Shown piece after piece: positions 26,810 to 40,280 of a DNA stretch of 64,000 nt. The position numbers and the translations under genes are program-made. Position 1 is the stretch's first letter. Each line of letters begins with the position of its first letter. The stretch is from NCBI RefSeq assembly GCF_009914755.1, contig NC_060928.1; one strand, given 5' to 3'. Source of the stretch: the human T2T-CHM13v2.0 reference genome, Homo sapiens. Below the pieces are notes generated by a model, which was given only the letters and a program-made list of their open reading frames with translations, was not told the origin of the DNA and ran no database searches.

Positions 26810-29340
26810 TCTCCCAAAGAACATGCTGAGCAAAGATGTGTTGTATGTAGTCTTCTGAAGATCAACTTGTTATCTGGAGAAAATGAATAGATATGAATGC
26901 AGATAGAATCACTCATCTAGTCTATCTAGAAGTATATCTAACCTAGTCAGAGATGAGGAGCTGCTTAGAAGTAAGATCCTGAAATCTTCACTTAATAGAG
27001 CTGAACACTGCAAAATAAATAAAGATAGTCCAGCTTCTAGAGGGCCACATCCTGGGATGAACTGAAGTTGAAAGAAGCAACAAGATCAGTAAAAGCCAGT
27101 AATTTATATATTGATCAATATATTGCTTACTTTATGTTTTATGCTTATGAGTTCTTTACAGTTCTTTCAGTTTCCATCAATAGTCTATTTATTGTCTTCC
27201 CAGCTTTCTCCTGCTGCATAGTCACAAAGCCAACAGCAAATGCTTTAGGTTCTTGTTATGGCAGCATTCCAGATTTGAGGGGCTGGAAAATAGAATGATG
27301 CTAGGAACATAAATTCATATTGCATAGAGACACATGCTGGGATGGGAGGAATCTCTAGTTAAAGCGGTTCAATTGGAGTAGTTTTGCAAAAGCTTGATAG
27401 GATCTTTTTTTTGTGAAAAAGATTGGAATAGGATTGGAAATAACAAATACAGAGTACTCAATCACATAGTTGTGTTATAAAGGTAAAGGAATGTAATGCT
27501 AGCCAGATCATTAATTGCAGTCAAGAAAAATGTTTAGGTTTTATTGGTTGATTTTATAAATAGAGAAGATAGCATATTTGCAAGCTCATGGAAATGATAC
27601 AGTAGAGAAGAAAAATGACATGATGCAAAAGAGAAGAGAGATCTCCGAGTAGTATCTTTATATGAGCATAAGAATATGACATCCATTATACAAATGGATG
27701 CTTAGCAAAAGTCAAGAATATAGACAGTTTTTTTGTAGTGACAGGAGGAGTGGTGGAGTATTTGGGTACAGATGCTACATAGGTGGAATAATGTGGCAGT
27801 GAGAGCTTGATAAATTACTTCGTGATTGCTATTATTTTAAATGTATTATGGGAAGTAAAGTTATCAAGTGAAGGAAATAATTAGATAGGAGATGTTGGGG
27901 ATTTGAAGATAGAACAGTTATTTTAAAAAGCATTTAGGAGTGTAAGCAAATGCACGGCTTTGCTTTCCGCGCAGTAAGCATCATTAAAGTTGGCCAATGT
28001 TAATATTAAGTGAGATGATCAGCTACTTGCAGTTTCCAGTAGCCACGTTCAGCTATGCAGGTTTTGGTCAAGAATAGAAGGAAAGATATGTTTCATCAAG
28101 GTTATATTTCGGACAAGTAAGTGAAACAAAACATAGGGACAGGAAGTAAAAATTATGAGAAAAGTATGCTAACAATGAACCATACGAAGGATTGGCATAA
28201 AGAAACTCAGATTTCAGTTTGTGCAAGTGGGAGTTCTCAGAAGTGACTAATGATATAGATTTTCCAATGATAGACGATGAGTTCCTCAGATTTATTTTGT
28301 TCTGTTTTGTTTGACTATTTGTTTTAAAGAAATGAAGATTGATGAGAGATGTAAAAGTATGCTGATGAGAGAAAAGTATGCTAATAATGAACATTTCCAA
28401 TAAAACTGGAAATGACTTAATGGGAGTAAATATATGAAAAAATTAAAAATAAATAAAATATTTTAGGTTTTATACATATTGTGGTAGAGGAATTGTTGGA
28501 GATAGGTTTCTAGAAAGAGTGAGCTAGAAAAATGAAAGGTGGTAGTGGGAGAGTGGAACACTTGAAACTAAGATTTTGCAGGAGTTGTAGTTATTGGTCA
28601 AGACAAGATGTTTGATGTGACCATGGAAATAAGTAGGATGGAGGTCAGGAATGACACATAAAAGATCAAGAAGCTAATAAACCAGGTTATGACACAAGTA
28701 ATCTACTAGATTCTAGTAATCAGAGTATTAAAATAATCCAGAATAATAATAGGAGTAGTGGCAGAGAGAGTGACAGTTAGCTAGGTAATAAAACTCCTAA
28801 GTGTCAACAACCAGCTGAAAAAGAATGAGTTGTTGGAGTCTTATAACATCAAATCAAAATTGGCCATTTCTTTTCAACAGAGGAAAAATGATTTAGAAGT
28901 TGAAAAAAGAAGTAATACCGCAAAGTTACAAGAGGGTCTGAACATACGAGGTCAGCATAGGAAGGATTGGCATAAAGAAGCTCAGATTTCAGTTTGAGCA
29001 AGTGTGAGGTCTCAGAAGTGACTAATGATATAGATTTGCCAATGATAGACAGTGAGTTCTTCAGGTTTATTTTGTCTTGTTTTGTTTGTTTGATTATTTG
29101 TTTTAAGAAAATGAAGATTGATGAGAGATGTAGCCGCAGAGGTGATCACAAGAGTGATCTTTAAAGCTCTGTGTGGATCAGAATCAGGGTATTATGGATA
29201 ATAAGAGAATTCTGAGCTTCTTGTGTTATCACATAAACAGAAATAAAAGACGTGATGACATTGGTTTTAATGGTCCCAGAGCAGATATTGGTGGCAAGCT
29301 GTGAATGTTGTGGAGAGTGAGAAGCAGGAATGTTGCCAGC
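26810..29340 (-). mobile_element. Long degenerate L2 (ORF2 region)
   Basis: Purine-rich antisense L2 motifs (GGGTACAGATGC, GATTGCTATTATTTT, GATGTGACCATGG, TCAGATTTCAGTT); boundaries approximate. Confidence 0.6.
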
Positions 29341-29389
29341 AGCTCTTAATTCCTGCTGACGGAGGGAAGAAAGAAAAAAAATAATAAAG

Positions 29390-29720
29390 CAGAACATATA
29401 TCCCCAATGAAAACTGAAATAATTCAGGGGGAAAAAGGAGAAATTTTAAAAGTATTCCTATTAGTATGCTTGGAGATTTTAAAATTTTCTTGTAGCTATA
29501 TAAAAATACAATTGGGTGTAATAAAAAGGAAACAACTCACAAACTGAAAGAGTGCTCTTAGCTACTAAAAACGATTGCCAAAATTAAAATAAAAACTAAA
29601 TATTGACAACCAAGAAGATTGAAATTAAAGGAAAGTACACAATATAGAGCAAAAAGGGAAAGATCAAAAAAACAAGAAAGTTAACAAAACAGAAAATAAA
29701 CTGAAAATTTAAATAGTAAA
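29390..29720 (+). mobile_element. HAL1-like fragment (5' part)
   Basis: GAAACTGAAATAATTCAGGG, AAAGAGTGCTCTTAG..TAAAAACGATTGCCAAAATTAAAA resemble the HAL1 ORF. Confidence 0.45.
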
Positions 29721-31708
29721 AAAAGAAAGCCTAAAGGCCCAGGGAAGTTCACATGACAGAGAAGGATTATGGTGCCGGGGTGGGGGGAAAACCAGGAAGT
29801 GAGGACACTGTTAGAGTCAATTTTATCTTAGAGAATAACTAACAATTTCTGAAGAGTCAGCTGAAAGGCTGAGAAGCTAAACTTCTAAGAGCTTCATTAG
29901 AGTCTGGGGATTATAACATAATGTACAGAGCCTGTCCAAACAAACCAGTAAAATGTGTATAAAAACCCAACACTGTTTAAACATAATGCTTTGCATTGAG
30001 GCTCTAAAGGGTATCCTTGAATAAAAGGTGGATGAGAAATATTCCAGTACTTGCAGAACTAGAACCCAACTTCAAATCACCTTACTCTTGGAAATGGACA
30101 AAAATAGTCCAGGATTACTAGTGTCTCTATTTGCCTGCTACAGCAAATATAAATTATCTCTGAGTTAAGATGATAATATCATAGGTCTATATTATTTCTA
30201 CAATTTTTTATATAGAATGTCTAGCAATAATCAAAAACACCAGACAAAATAGGTAAAACATTTTGTGTCTGAAAAGAACAGAAACAATGAAAAGTATAAA
30301 TAGGAGATTTATGTGATGAGCTGATGAGACATAGACTTTTTAATAATAATTTAAATGATTACATTACCAAATTTGACAGATAAATATAAACTATTTCCTA
30401 AAAGTCAAATGGAATTTCTAGACATAATTTTTTTAAGAATTAGGAACACAATTGATGGGCTTAATGGGTTGTTATATGGAGGTAAATTGAAAAGTTAACT
30501 GGGAAAGAAGTATGAAGAAAATATCCAAAATGGAAATCATAAAGAGATTCAAAATATTAAAAAGGAGAAAAGAGATGTAGATGTGAGAGGGTCATATTTT
30601 TATTTGATTCACAAAGAGAAAAGAGAGTTTGGGAGAAAGACTATGTAAACAGATAATGGCATTTTTTTTTTGAATGACAAAAGGGACTCAATGAATTTAA
30701 AGCAAGTTAAATCAAAAGAAGCTATGCCCAGGCATATCACAGTAAGACTGTTGAAAACAAAGACAAAGTAAATGTTAAAAGCAGCAATAGAAAGAAAGTC
30801 ATGCTATCTTCAAAAAAATCAAGAGTAAGGCTGAGAGCTGATTCTCAATGAAATTAGTAAAAGCAGAAGATAATGGAATTACATTATCAAAATGTCAGAA
30901 GAAAAAAATCTGCCAATTTAGAATTCTATAACCAGAGAAAATGTTTTCAATATGGAAATTAATGAAATCATTTTCAGACAACAAAACTGAGAAAAAAATG
31001 TCACCAGTAGTCCATAATGAAAGGCATAAAAAATAGCTTTCATTAAGCCAAAAATAATTGTCCAGTTTGGAAAGTGAATGTTAGGGATAATAAAAAGTGT
31101 AAATGTATGGATAAATCTAAATAAACATGTATTAGATAACTCCATAATTATAATATACTAAGGGGTTTTAAAAATATGCAATTAACATATGACAAAAATA
31201 GAAATTTTAAAGGAAGGTAAAGTATTTTAAAATTCATGTTTTTTTTTTTTTTGGAAGAGGTAATATACCGATTTACATTAACATTTGAGAAATCTAGTAT
31301 GAATTTGTAAATTCCAGAGTAACCACTAAGTGAATAGAAAAAAAGTGGATAATTAACAAGCTAGTAGGGGAAAATGACTAAAAAAGTTTGTAATGTTTCT
31401 AAAGAAGATTCATTAAAAGGAAAAGCAGAGTAGTACTACAAAAAAAGGAAATTAATTTATTTACCATAATTTATTTACATATATAAATACTTTATTTACA
31501 TTTTAATTAATTTACAAATGTAAATAATGTTTCATTTAGAAGACAATAACAACTTAGGTTAAAAAACTGAATAAATAAATGCAATATATAGAAAGGTTGA
31601 AATAAAAGGATGGTAAAACATATAACAGATAATTTTTATTCCAAAAAAAAGCTGCTAGAGATATGTTAAAAGGATACAATATAGATTTTAATATATAATA
31701 CTTTTTAT

Positions 31709-34077
31709 TTTATTAGTCCATTTTCACACTGCTATAAAGAATTACCTGAGACTGGGTAATTTATAAAGAAAAAATAATGAATTGACTCACAGTTCCACAT
31801 GGTTGGGAAGGCCTCAGGTAACTTTCAATCATGGTAGAAGACGAAGGGGAAGCAAGGCACGTCTTACATGGTGACGAGAGGGAGAGGGGAAGTGCCACAC
31901 TTTTTAAACATCAGATCTCATGAGAACTCACTTACTAAGCCAAGAACAGCATAGGGGAAACTGCCCCTACGACTCAATCATTTCCCACCATGGCCCTCCC
32001 TCAACATTGGAGATTAAAATTCGTGATGAGATTTGGGATGGGACACAGAGCCAAACTATATGGATCAGTCCCTGGCTCCTCCCAAATCCCATGTCCTTCT
32101 CACATTTCAAAACACAATCATACCTTCCCAATAGTCTCCTAAAGCCTAAACTCATTCCAGCATTAACCCAAAAGTCCAAGTCCAAAGTCTAATCCGAGAC
32201 AAGGAAAATCCCTTCTCCCAATGAGCCTGTAAAATCAAAAGCAAGTTATTTGGTTTCAAGATATAATGGGAGTACAGGCATTGGGTAAATATTCCCATCC
32301 CAAATGAAAGAAATTGGCCAAAATCAAAGGGCTACCAGCCCCATGCAAGTCCGAAGCCCAGTGGGACATTCATAAAATCTTAAAGCTCCAAAATAATCTC
32401 TTTTGACTTCATGTCTCACATCCAGGGCATGCTGATGCAAGAGGTGGGCTCCAAAGGCCTTGGGCATCTCTGCCCCTGTGGATCTGCAGGGTACAGCCCC
32501 CCTCCCAGCTGCTTTCACTGGCTAGTGTTGAGTGCCTGCTGCCTTTCCAAGCACACAGTGCAAGCTGTGAGAGGATCCACCACTCTGGGGTCCGAAGGAG
32601 GCTGACCCTCTTCTCACAGCTCCACTATGCAGTGCTCCAGTGGAGACACTGTGTGGGAGATCCAACCCTAATCTCCCCTCTGCATTACCCTATTATTGAT
32701 TATCTGTGAGGGCTACATCCCTGAAGCAGACAAACTTCTGCCTGGACATCCAGGTGTTTCCATATATCCTCTGAAATCTAGGTGGAGACTCCCAAAACTC
32801 AACTCTTGGCTTCTGCATACCCATAAGCGCAACACCACATGGAAGTCACCAAGGCTTACAGCCTATGCGCTTTGAAACAATGGCCTAAGCTGTACCTTGG
32901 CCCTTTTTTGCCATTGCTAAAGCTGTAGCGACTGAGACGCAGGGTGCCATGTCTCAAGGCTGCACAGAGTAGTGGGGTCCTGGGCCTGGCCCATGAAACC
33001 ATTTTTCCCTCCTAGGCCTCTGGGCCTATGATGTGAGGGCCTACCATGAAGATCTCTGAAATGCCCTAGACACATTTTCCCCATTGTCTTAGCAATTAAC
33101 ATTAGCGTTCTCTTTACTTATGCAAATTTCTGCAGCTGGTGGCTTGAATTTCTCCCCAGAAAATTGTTTGGTTTTTTTTTGTTGTTGTTTTTCCACATGG
33201 TCAGGCTGCAAATTTTCCAAATTTTTATGCTTTGCTTCCCTTTTAAACATAAGTTCCAATTTCAGAATATCTCTTTGTGAACACATATGAGCATACACTT
33301 TTAGAAAAAGCCAGGTCACATCTTGAACCCTTTGCTGCTTAGAAATATTTTCTGTCAAATACCCTTAATCAGCTATCTCAAGTTCAAAGTTCCACAGATG
33401 CCTAGGACAGAGGCAAAATACCACCAATCTGTTTGCTAAAGCATAGCAAGTGCCACCTTTACTCCAATACCCAAGAAGGTACTCATCTCCATCTGAGACC
33501 ACCTCAGCCTGGGCTTCATTGTACACATTATTATCAGCATTTTAGTCAAAACCATTCAACAAGTCTTTAGGAAGTTCCAAGCTTTCCCACGTCTTTCTAT
33601 CTTCTGAGCCTTTCAAATTGTTCCAATCTCTGCCCATTACCCAATTCCAAAGTCACTTCCACATTTTCAGATTATCTATTTAGCAGCACCCCACTACTGC
33701 AGTACCATTTTTTTGTAATAGTCCGTTTTCACACAGCCATAAAGATACTACCTGAGACTGGATAATTTATGAAGAAAAAAAAAGGTTTAGTTGACTCATG
33801 GTATTGCAGGGTTGGGGAGACCTTAGGAAACTTACAATCATGGCAAAAGTGGAAGGGGAAGCAAGGCACATCTTATCTGGTAGCAGGAGAGAGAGTAGGG
33901 GGACATGCTACACTTTTAAACCATCAGATATCAGGAGAACTCATTCATTATTGTGAGAACAGCATGGGGAAAACTGTCCTCATGATCCTATAACCTCCCA
34001 CCAGGTCTCTCCCTTGACACCTGGGGATTACAATTTGAGATGAGATTTGGGTGGGTACACAAAGCCAAACCATATCA
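31709..34077 (-). mobile_element. Complete THE1D-like MaLR element (LTR 31709-32063, internal region, LTR 33714-34077)
   Basis: Two homologous LTRs around ~1.65 kb MaLR-int (AAAGTCCAAGTCCAAAGTCT, CTTCTGCCTGGACATCCAGG, TGCTAAAGCATAGCAAG); 5-bp TSD TTTAT at 31704-31708 and 34078-34082. Confidence 0.92.
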
Positions 34078-34514
34078 TTTATAATGATCCAGATTTAAAT
34101 AACTGGGAGCATATAATAATTCTAAACTTATTATAGCTTAGTATCATATATATAATAGTCATAATATATAAAATGAAAATTAACTGCAAAAATAATAAAT
34201 AGGAAAATCTATCTTCTTTATGAGAGAATTAAAAAATAAAAGCTCATTACCCTCAGCAACTTATGGGACAAGATGACAAAAAGAAGGATTAGAAGATTTG
34301 ACCAATAAAATAAACAAAGCTCAAAGTTGCAGATCACCACAACAGACAACAGCAGAACCCATATTCTTTGTAAATGTTCACAGGATAATTGCTAAATTTT
34401 TGTATATGCTAGGACATAAAGTAAGTCTCCATAAATGATAAACGGTTAAAGTTATATAAAGGATTTTCTCAGAACTTAATATAATTACAAAATAAGGAAA
34501 CGCCCATGTGTTTA

Positions 34515-34963
<449 letters not shown>

Positions 34964-35649
34964 TTATAGATTTGAATGCAAATATTAGAAAAAAAGGCTG
35001 AAAATCAAGGATTTAAATATTCAACTGAAGAAATTTAAAAGGAATAGCAAGTTTCACCCTAAAAACTGGAAGGAATTACAGTTTAAAAAGTTATTAGCAT
35101 AACTTAATGAAACAGAAAACTAAAGTGCAGTAGAGATTTTCAACAAAGTCAAAGCAGGGTCTTAACTAATAACTATTATAACTGAAGACCAATGAAACAT
35201 ATTAATTCTTTACAACACTGATATAGAAATACCTAGATATGTTAGAAACGGAATTGGAGATATTTTATGCACTCTATCAATATTAAAAGTCATAGGACAA
35301 TTTACAAAAGAGAAGAAAAACAAGCTTTGTGCCAAGAACAAGAAAAAAACCTAGAATAAATGAACAGATTCCTGGGAAAAGAACAACAACAAAAAACCCA
35401 AAAAACAACAACAAAAAAAACCCAACAACAACAAAGCAGAACAAAAAGTAATGGAAAAACTGAAATGCACTTTATTTAGAAAAGTAATTGAATCTGCAAT
35501 TAAAAATTAATTTTTCCATATTTACAAAAATTAGGGAGAACATACATTTATAAAATGTGAAACTAAAATTAGAATCAAAATTACAAATCCCTAGGAATAA
35601 ATATAACAAGTATTGTTCAGGTCTAATAAATGACTTATACTGTTTAGAG

Positions 35650-36090
35650 AAAGAGAACAAATAGTGAATTAGTAGATTTCCTAGCTTGGAACTAGATTAT
35701 AAAGCTTAATTTCAAGAATGCTTATGAAGGTTCAGGCAGGATGCATAAAAACTACTACTGCCATTCTTCGGAAAGCTCCGAAATCACACTACCTAAAAGC
35801 AAAGAATCAAACTCTCCTAGGATTTTACATTGATGATTTTTGATGTTACGAAAGGAGAAGCAATGATGTCAAAGTTTTCAAAAGAAAAAATATTATTCAG
35901 TCAAAATTCGAGTCAGTTAGGGATCCAGCTGGTTTGAAAAAAATTATGATACATTTTACAGAAGAAAGACACCTAATCCCACCACTCAGAGATCAATCTT
36001 TAAAATAAAGGCTATATTTCAGAAAAATTATGATGAAAAATGAAAGAGAGAGGACATACATGAAATTCAAGAAGTTTTCTCTCAAAGTTA
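35650..36090 (+). mobile_element. HAL1-like fragment (continuation)
   Basis: AAGCAAAGAATCAAACT..GATTTT..GGAGAAGCAATGATGTCAAAGTTTTCAAAAGAAAA resembles the HAL1 ORF 3' part. Confidence 0.45.
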
Positions 36091-36172
36091 AAAAAATGAG
36101 AAAAGAAAGAAAATGAGAGGGAGAGAAAGGAAAAAAAGAAAGGAATGAAGGGAGAGAGAGAGAGGGAGGGAG
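36090..36172. repeat. GA-rich polypurine tract
   Basis: Nearly pure A/G run (GAAA/GAGA/GGGA). Confidence 0.85.
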
Positions 36173-36284
36173 GCAGATACATTGTGTGTGTATGTATGTG
36201 TATGCAATCTCTGCATTTTCTTAATTGCTGTAATTGAGTTTTTTCTGTTTAGATTATTAGTTGCCTTCTGCATCTTTCCTGTGA

Positions 36285-37465
36285 AGGCCATGCTCTCTCT
36301 TAGCTCTGACTCTCAGTCACCCATTGGTGGCCTCAGCTATCTTGACCCAGGTGGTTACTCTCTTAGGGAATTCTAGGTCAATCTCTCAAATCGAAAGGAA
36401 AAGCCTTCTCCCCAACAATGAATGGTCTGATCATATAGAATCTAGCAGGCTACAAGTCCCATTCCCTAGCCAAGGTATTTACAAGATCAAGCATATTGAT
36501 GGGGCTGACTTTAAACTTTCTCACAGCAGTCCACAGAGCTCTGCAGTTCACATTTTTTTTCAGGAGCTACACTATGGTCTCAAGAAGACTCTCCAATACA
36601 ATGGGGTCTATGCAGTTTGCTTCATCCATAACACAGAAACACCACATCCATTCTGGATCAACTCCCATACCAATACTACCAGAAGAATTAACTTAGACCT
36701 AGCCACTTACATCTTTCAACAGCTATTTGAATCTGGAGAGGCAAGGTGAATAGCCGGGGATGATGTGTAGTGTGAGAAGTCTGACTCTTGGCCAAAACCT
36801 ATGCATGACTTTTCAGGCATGACCATAGGCAGTTATAAAATGTTAGTTGTTTTGCCCATGGAGAAAGCTGGTCTGTCCACACCAGAGTTGGGTCACAGCC
36901 AGTGCATCACAGTCTCCGAAGGGAGTTGCAGTCAAGGACCCAGGCCTCCTGCCCATCCATACTCTTACTCATATCTGCCTTCCTAAACCAGGGGTTTCTG
37001 TTTGGAGGCCTCTTCATAGGGGAGGAGAAGTAGCTCAGCTGAGGACTTCTTCAGGCTCCTCTGCCAAGGCCACCTTGTGGAGTTGGGGCATGGAGACTTG
37101 AAGTTGCTTTTGTCCACTCTAACTCAGTATTTAGGACTGTTCAGCTCCTGCTCCTATTCCTGCCTCATCCAGGGGAGAAACAAAAACACCAAATAAACCA
37201 AAAACCCACAGGAGCCTTCTGTTCCAGTTTCTCTTGGCATTGAGACAGTCGCTGTGTTTGCTGATTTTCCTGATCCTCACCTGGCACTGTTCCATGATGA
37301 AAAAGGGAATATTGAAGAAAGGGATGCTTTCTCTTGTGTAGCTTCTTGCTGAATTTATCTCAGTAAGTTAATAAGGCTTGACTGCTACTTTCATTTTGGC
37401 TTGTTTGTTGTAATAGATCTGGCAGCACCTGGTAGCTCAGCTCTCTCCAGGTCAGTTCTGCTCGC
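36285..37465. pseudogene. Unidentified decayed coding-like segment (possible old retrocopy or element-derived ORF)
   Basis: GC-richer island with no repeat I recognise; contains the longest ORF in the track (36324-36749); the same + frame has only 6 stops up to the LTR; parent and strand not established. Confidence 0.35.
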
Positions 37466-37467
37466 CA

Positions 37468-37907
37468 CATCACAGATGTTACGGTGCCACCCAGACACCG
37501 CTTCAGGACCCAGTTGTTCCTGCCAGCTTCTGAGAGTGTTGACTTCTAAGAGTTCTCAGTTGAGTAGCTTCCCAGGCATTTCCTCCAACCTAAGGAAGTT
37601 GTCACAGCCCATGTTTACACCCTGTTCATGAAGTAGCAATCATTCGGTAACCCAAACAAGTGGGAATAAAAAGGTCTGGCCCTCTGACCTCATTAAAGAG
37701 CGTCTCTGAAGAGTCAACGCAGCTCCAAATTTCCCTATAGGACCAGCTCAACCTTTTGTTTCTATTGTAAGTGCTTGACTGTTCAACTTTTCCCTTTACC
37801 CAATTCTATTGCCTTCCCTCCTTCACAGGTGACCCCAGAACACTCCCTCATGGGTGACATATGTTCAAACTGAACCTCACAGTCTGCTTCCCACAGAACC
37901 TAAGACA
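37468..37907 (+). mobile_element. LTR16C-like ERVL solo LTR
   Basis: CGGTGCCACCCAGA, CCAGCTTCTGAGAGTGTTG, AACACTCCCTCA, TCTGCTTCC..AACCTAAGACA terminus. Confidence 0.75.
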
Positions 37908-38149
37908 AGAGTTGGGTATAGGCCTTCAACTTTCCTAAATCTACTATTTATTTAGCTTAATTTTTCTTCATCTTTTATAGACAAATTATAGGCAAAGAAG
38001 ACAAAATTTTATTATGGTGAACATAAGTATAAAGAACAGATGTTGGAAGACAGGAAGTTGGAAAAAGAGGGGAAAGAAATAGGGAGTGTTAATATATTTA
38101 TCTTATATGATGGATGTAAAGAAATAGATAAAATTGATAGCAACTGAAA

Positions 38150-38460
38150 AAATTTAAATATGGACTAGATATTATACTATGTAAGAAACAATTTTCTTAA
38201 ATGTGAAAATGCCATTATGGTTATATAAGAAATGTCTTAGTTTTAAGAAGGACATATACAAATATACATAGGTGAAATATCATGATGTTTATAAGTTAAA
38301 ATAATTTAGTCCTGAACATATAAACACATATAGCATTATGAGAAAATATATTAGCTAAACCTGTATGATGCAAATAGACATGCATGGTCATGGTCATTGT
38401 GCTCTGACTTTTGCTTTTTTAATGTTTGAATTTTTTCATAATAACAGTAAATAAAAGCAG
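38150..38460 (+). mobile_element. L1ME 3'-end fragment
   Basis: ATTATGGTTATATAAGAAATGTC..AGGTGAAATATCATGATGT..GTTTGAATTTTTTCATAATAA. Confidence 0.55.
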
Positions 38461-39795
38461 AAAGTTAATAAGAAAGGAATGTATTTTCCAGAATATTTTT
38501 TTGATTATAAAAGAAACTAAAATTAAAGTGCTTGACTGTTCAACGTTTCCCTTATATATTTATCTGAATTTAAGGAGAGGAAGGTGACATGGGGTGGATG
38601 TTAAGTGTTCTAATTTTCATTTATCATAGAAAAATTTTTTTAAATGCTCATATTTCAAGTAATGTTAGTATAAATAATTACATATCATTGTGGAGAAAAA
38701 CAAGCAAACCCAAAATACAAACATTTAAAAATTGTTGCTTCAAGGGAGGGGCAGTGAAATTGTGAATTTGACAGGGATGTATAGAATGATGTTGATTTCT
38801 GTGTTTTGTATGCATTGACTTTCACCATCTGAAATTATTAAATTAATAATAGAAATAACAGAATTGAATAGATAAAAGTAATCAATATTGACTAACAAGA
38901 GCTAAAAACTCTGCATTTTTAGTATTTTAATAATTTTTATGTAATGTATACAATGACTATCTCCCTATGAATTGTTTTGAATTTTATTAGTAGGTGACAG
39001 TTATGTTTCCAGGACAGCTATTCTCCAAACTCATGTGAAGAGAACGATTTTCCAGGTTGGGTTTAGCCTTTCACAGAGAAAGATCCATTGTTATTACCCA
39101 CCACTGCCACTTTGAGCAAGAATGCTCCCTATTGGTCAATCAAGTAAATAATGGATTAACAGAAAAACATCCAAAATATGTTTCTAAATCCTGTTTTTAC
39201 TATGTATTTTTTCACATTAAACTCCAAATTTACCCAGGAATTTTAAGTTTTCTGACTTATTTTATGATTTGTCTGCATGAAACACAACTTGTTTAGATAA
39301 CTCTGCTATTCTAGCCCAGATGTTATTACAGTATAAATGACAGAAGTAGTGATCTACTTAATGCTTTTTGCCTGTGGTTAGCATAGTTGTTAGTCATTAC
39401 TGTCTGTTTTCAGTTTCTCCTGGGCATAGGGCATGACAATCCTGAACTGTGGCTCTAGTAGTGCTATTTTTTTACGTTGCTTATATGGGATTTGGATGTG
39501 GGCAAGATATCTCCTGGCACACATGTATCAGTTGTTTCCTGCTTTTGCTGCACTGGTTAATTACTAGATCTAGCTAGCTCTTTTTCTTTATTCATTCCTG
39601 GGAATGACAAGGTCTGGGACGTGATAGAATTTGTAAGAATGAGTGTAGAAGGCACTGGATCTGAAATACCACTTGTCCCCTAAAGCATCTTGTTTGTATA
39701 AAATAAATCATACTTTAAAATGTTCACAATTTATGATATTATATATTTTTACATATAATGTATATTCACAACTGCCAGCATGTGAATATATATAT

Positions 39796-39797
<2 letters not shown>

Positions 39798-39825
<28 letters not shown>
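39798..39825. repeat. (TG)14 microsatellite
   Basis: Read directly. Confidence 0.95.
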
Positions 39826-39828
<3 letters not shown>

Positions 39829-40084
39829 TTGCATGCTGGCAGTTGTAGAGATTCAGAATTGCATCGAAGGAGACACTTTAAAGGATGTGCATGGTACAAA
39901 AGAATTCATTAGATGTTCCATTTCAAAATTAAAATACACATTTTACATAGTGAAATTTATTATCAACAATTACCATATCAAAATTTGAAGAGGGTATCAA
40001 GCTAAGAGTGCTATGTACAAATGATCAAGTTTATATTTTTCCAATGATAAAATATTAACTTTTGATTAATAACAGTATGACAAT

Positions 40085-40280
40085 GGAAAGAACTAGACAT
40101 TAAATCTGAAGAACTTAGTCTGAATTTACTAGCTATATGACCTTGAAGAATTCACATACTCTCTAAAATTCACTTTTTCATCCAGAGTATCCTACCATAC
40201 AGAGGACAGTAAGAGCAACCTCACATGATTTCTGCAACTATCATGGGAGATAAAGTATATGAAAATTTTCTACAAATTTG
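40085..40280 (+). mobile_element. MIR
   Basis: TTTACTAGCTATATGACCTTGAAGAATTCAC..CTCTCT..TTTTTCATC MIR core. Confidence 0.6.

Noticed and set aside
31965-31985. DUX4 motif in the THE1D-like LTRs
   Set aside because: The expected site is degenerate here (CGACTCAATCA) and lost in the other LTR (TGATCCTATAA).
36324-37100. By-eye similarity of the + frame to bornavirus N (WIN..FES..FSGMT), ARPC2, PIP kinases or BRIX1, and of the - frame to CK2/MAPK kinases or STARD7
   Set aside because: Several unrelated families fit equally loosely, with many gaps and wrong motif spacing. That is over-fitting, so no gene name was assigned.
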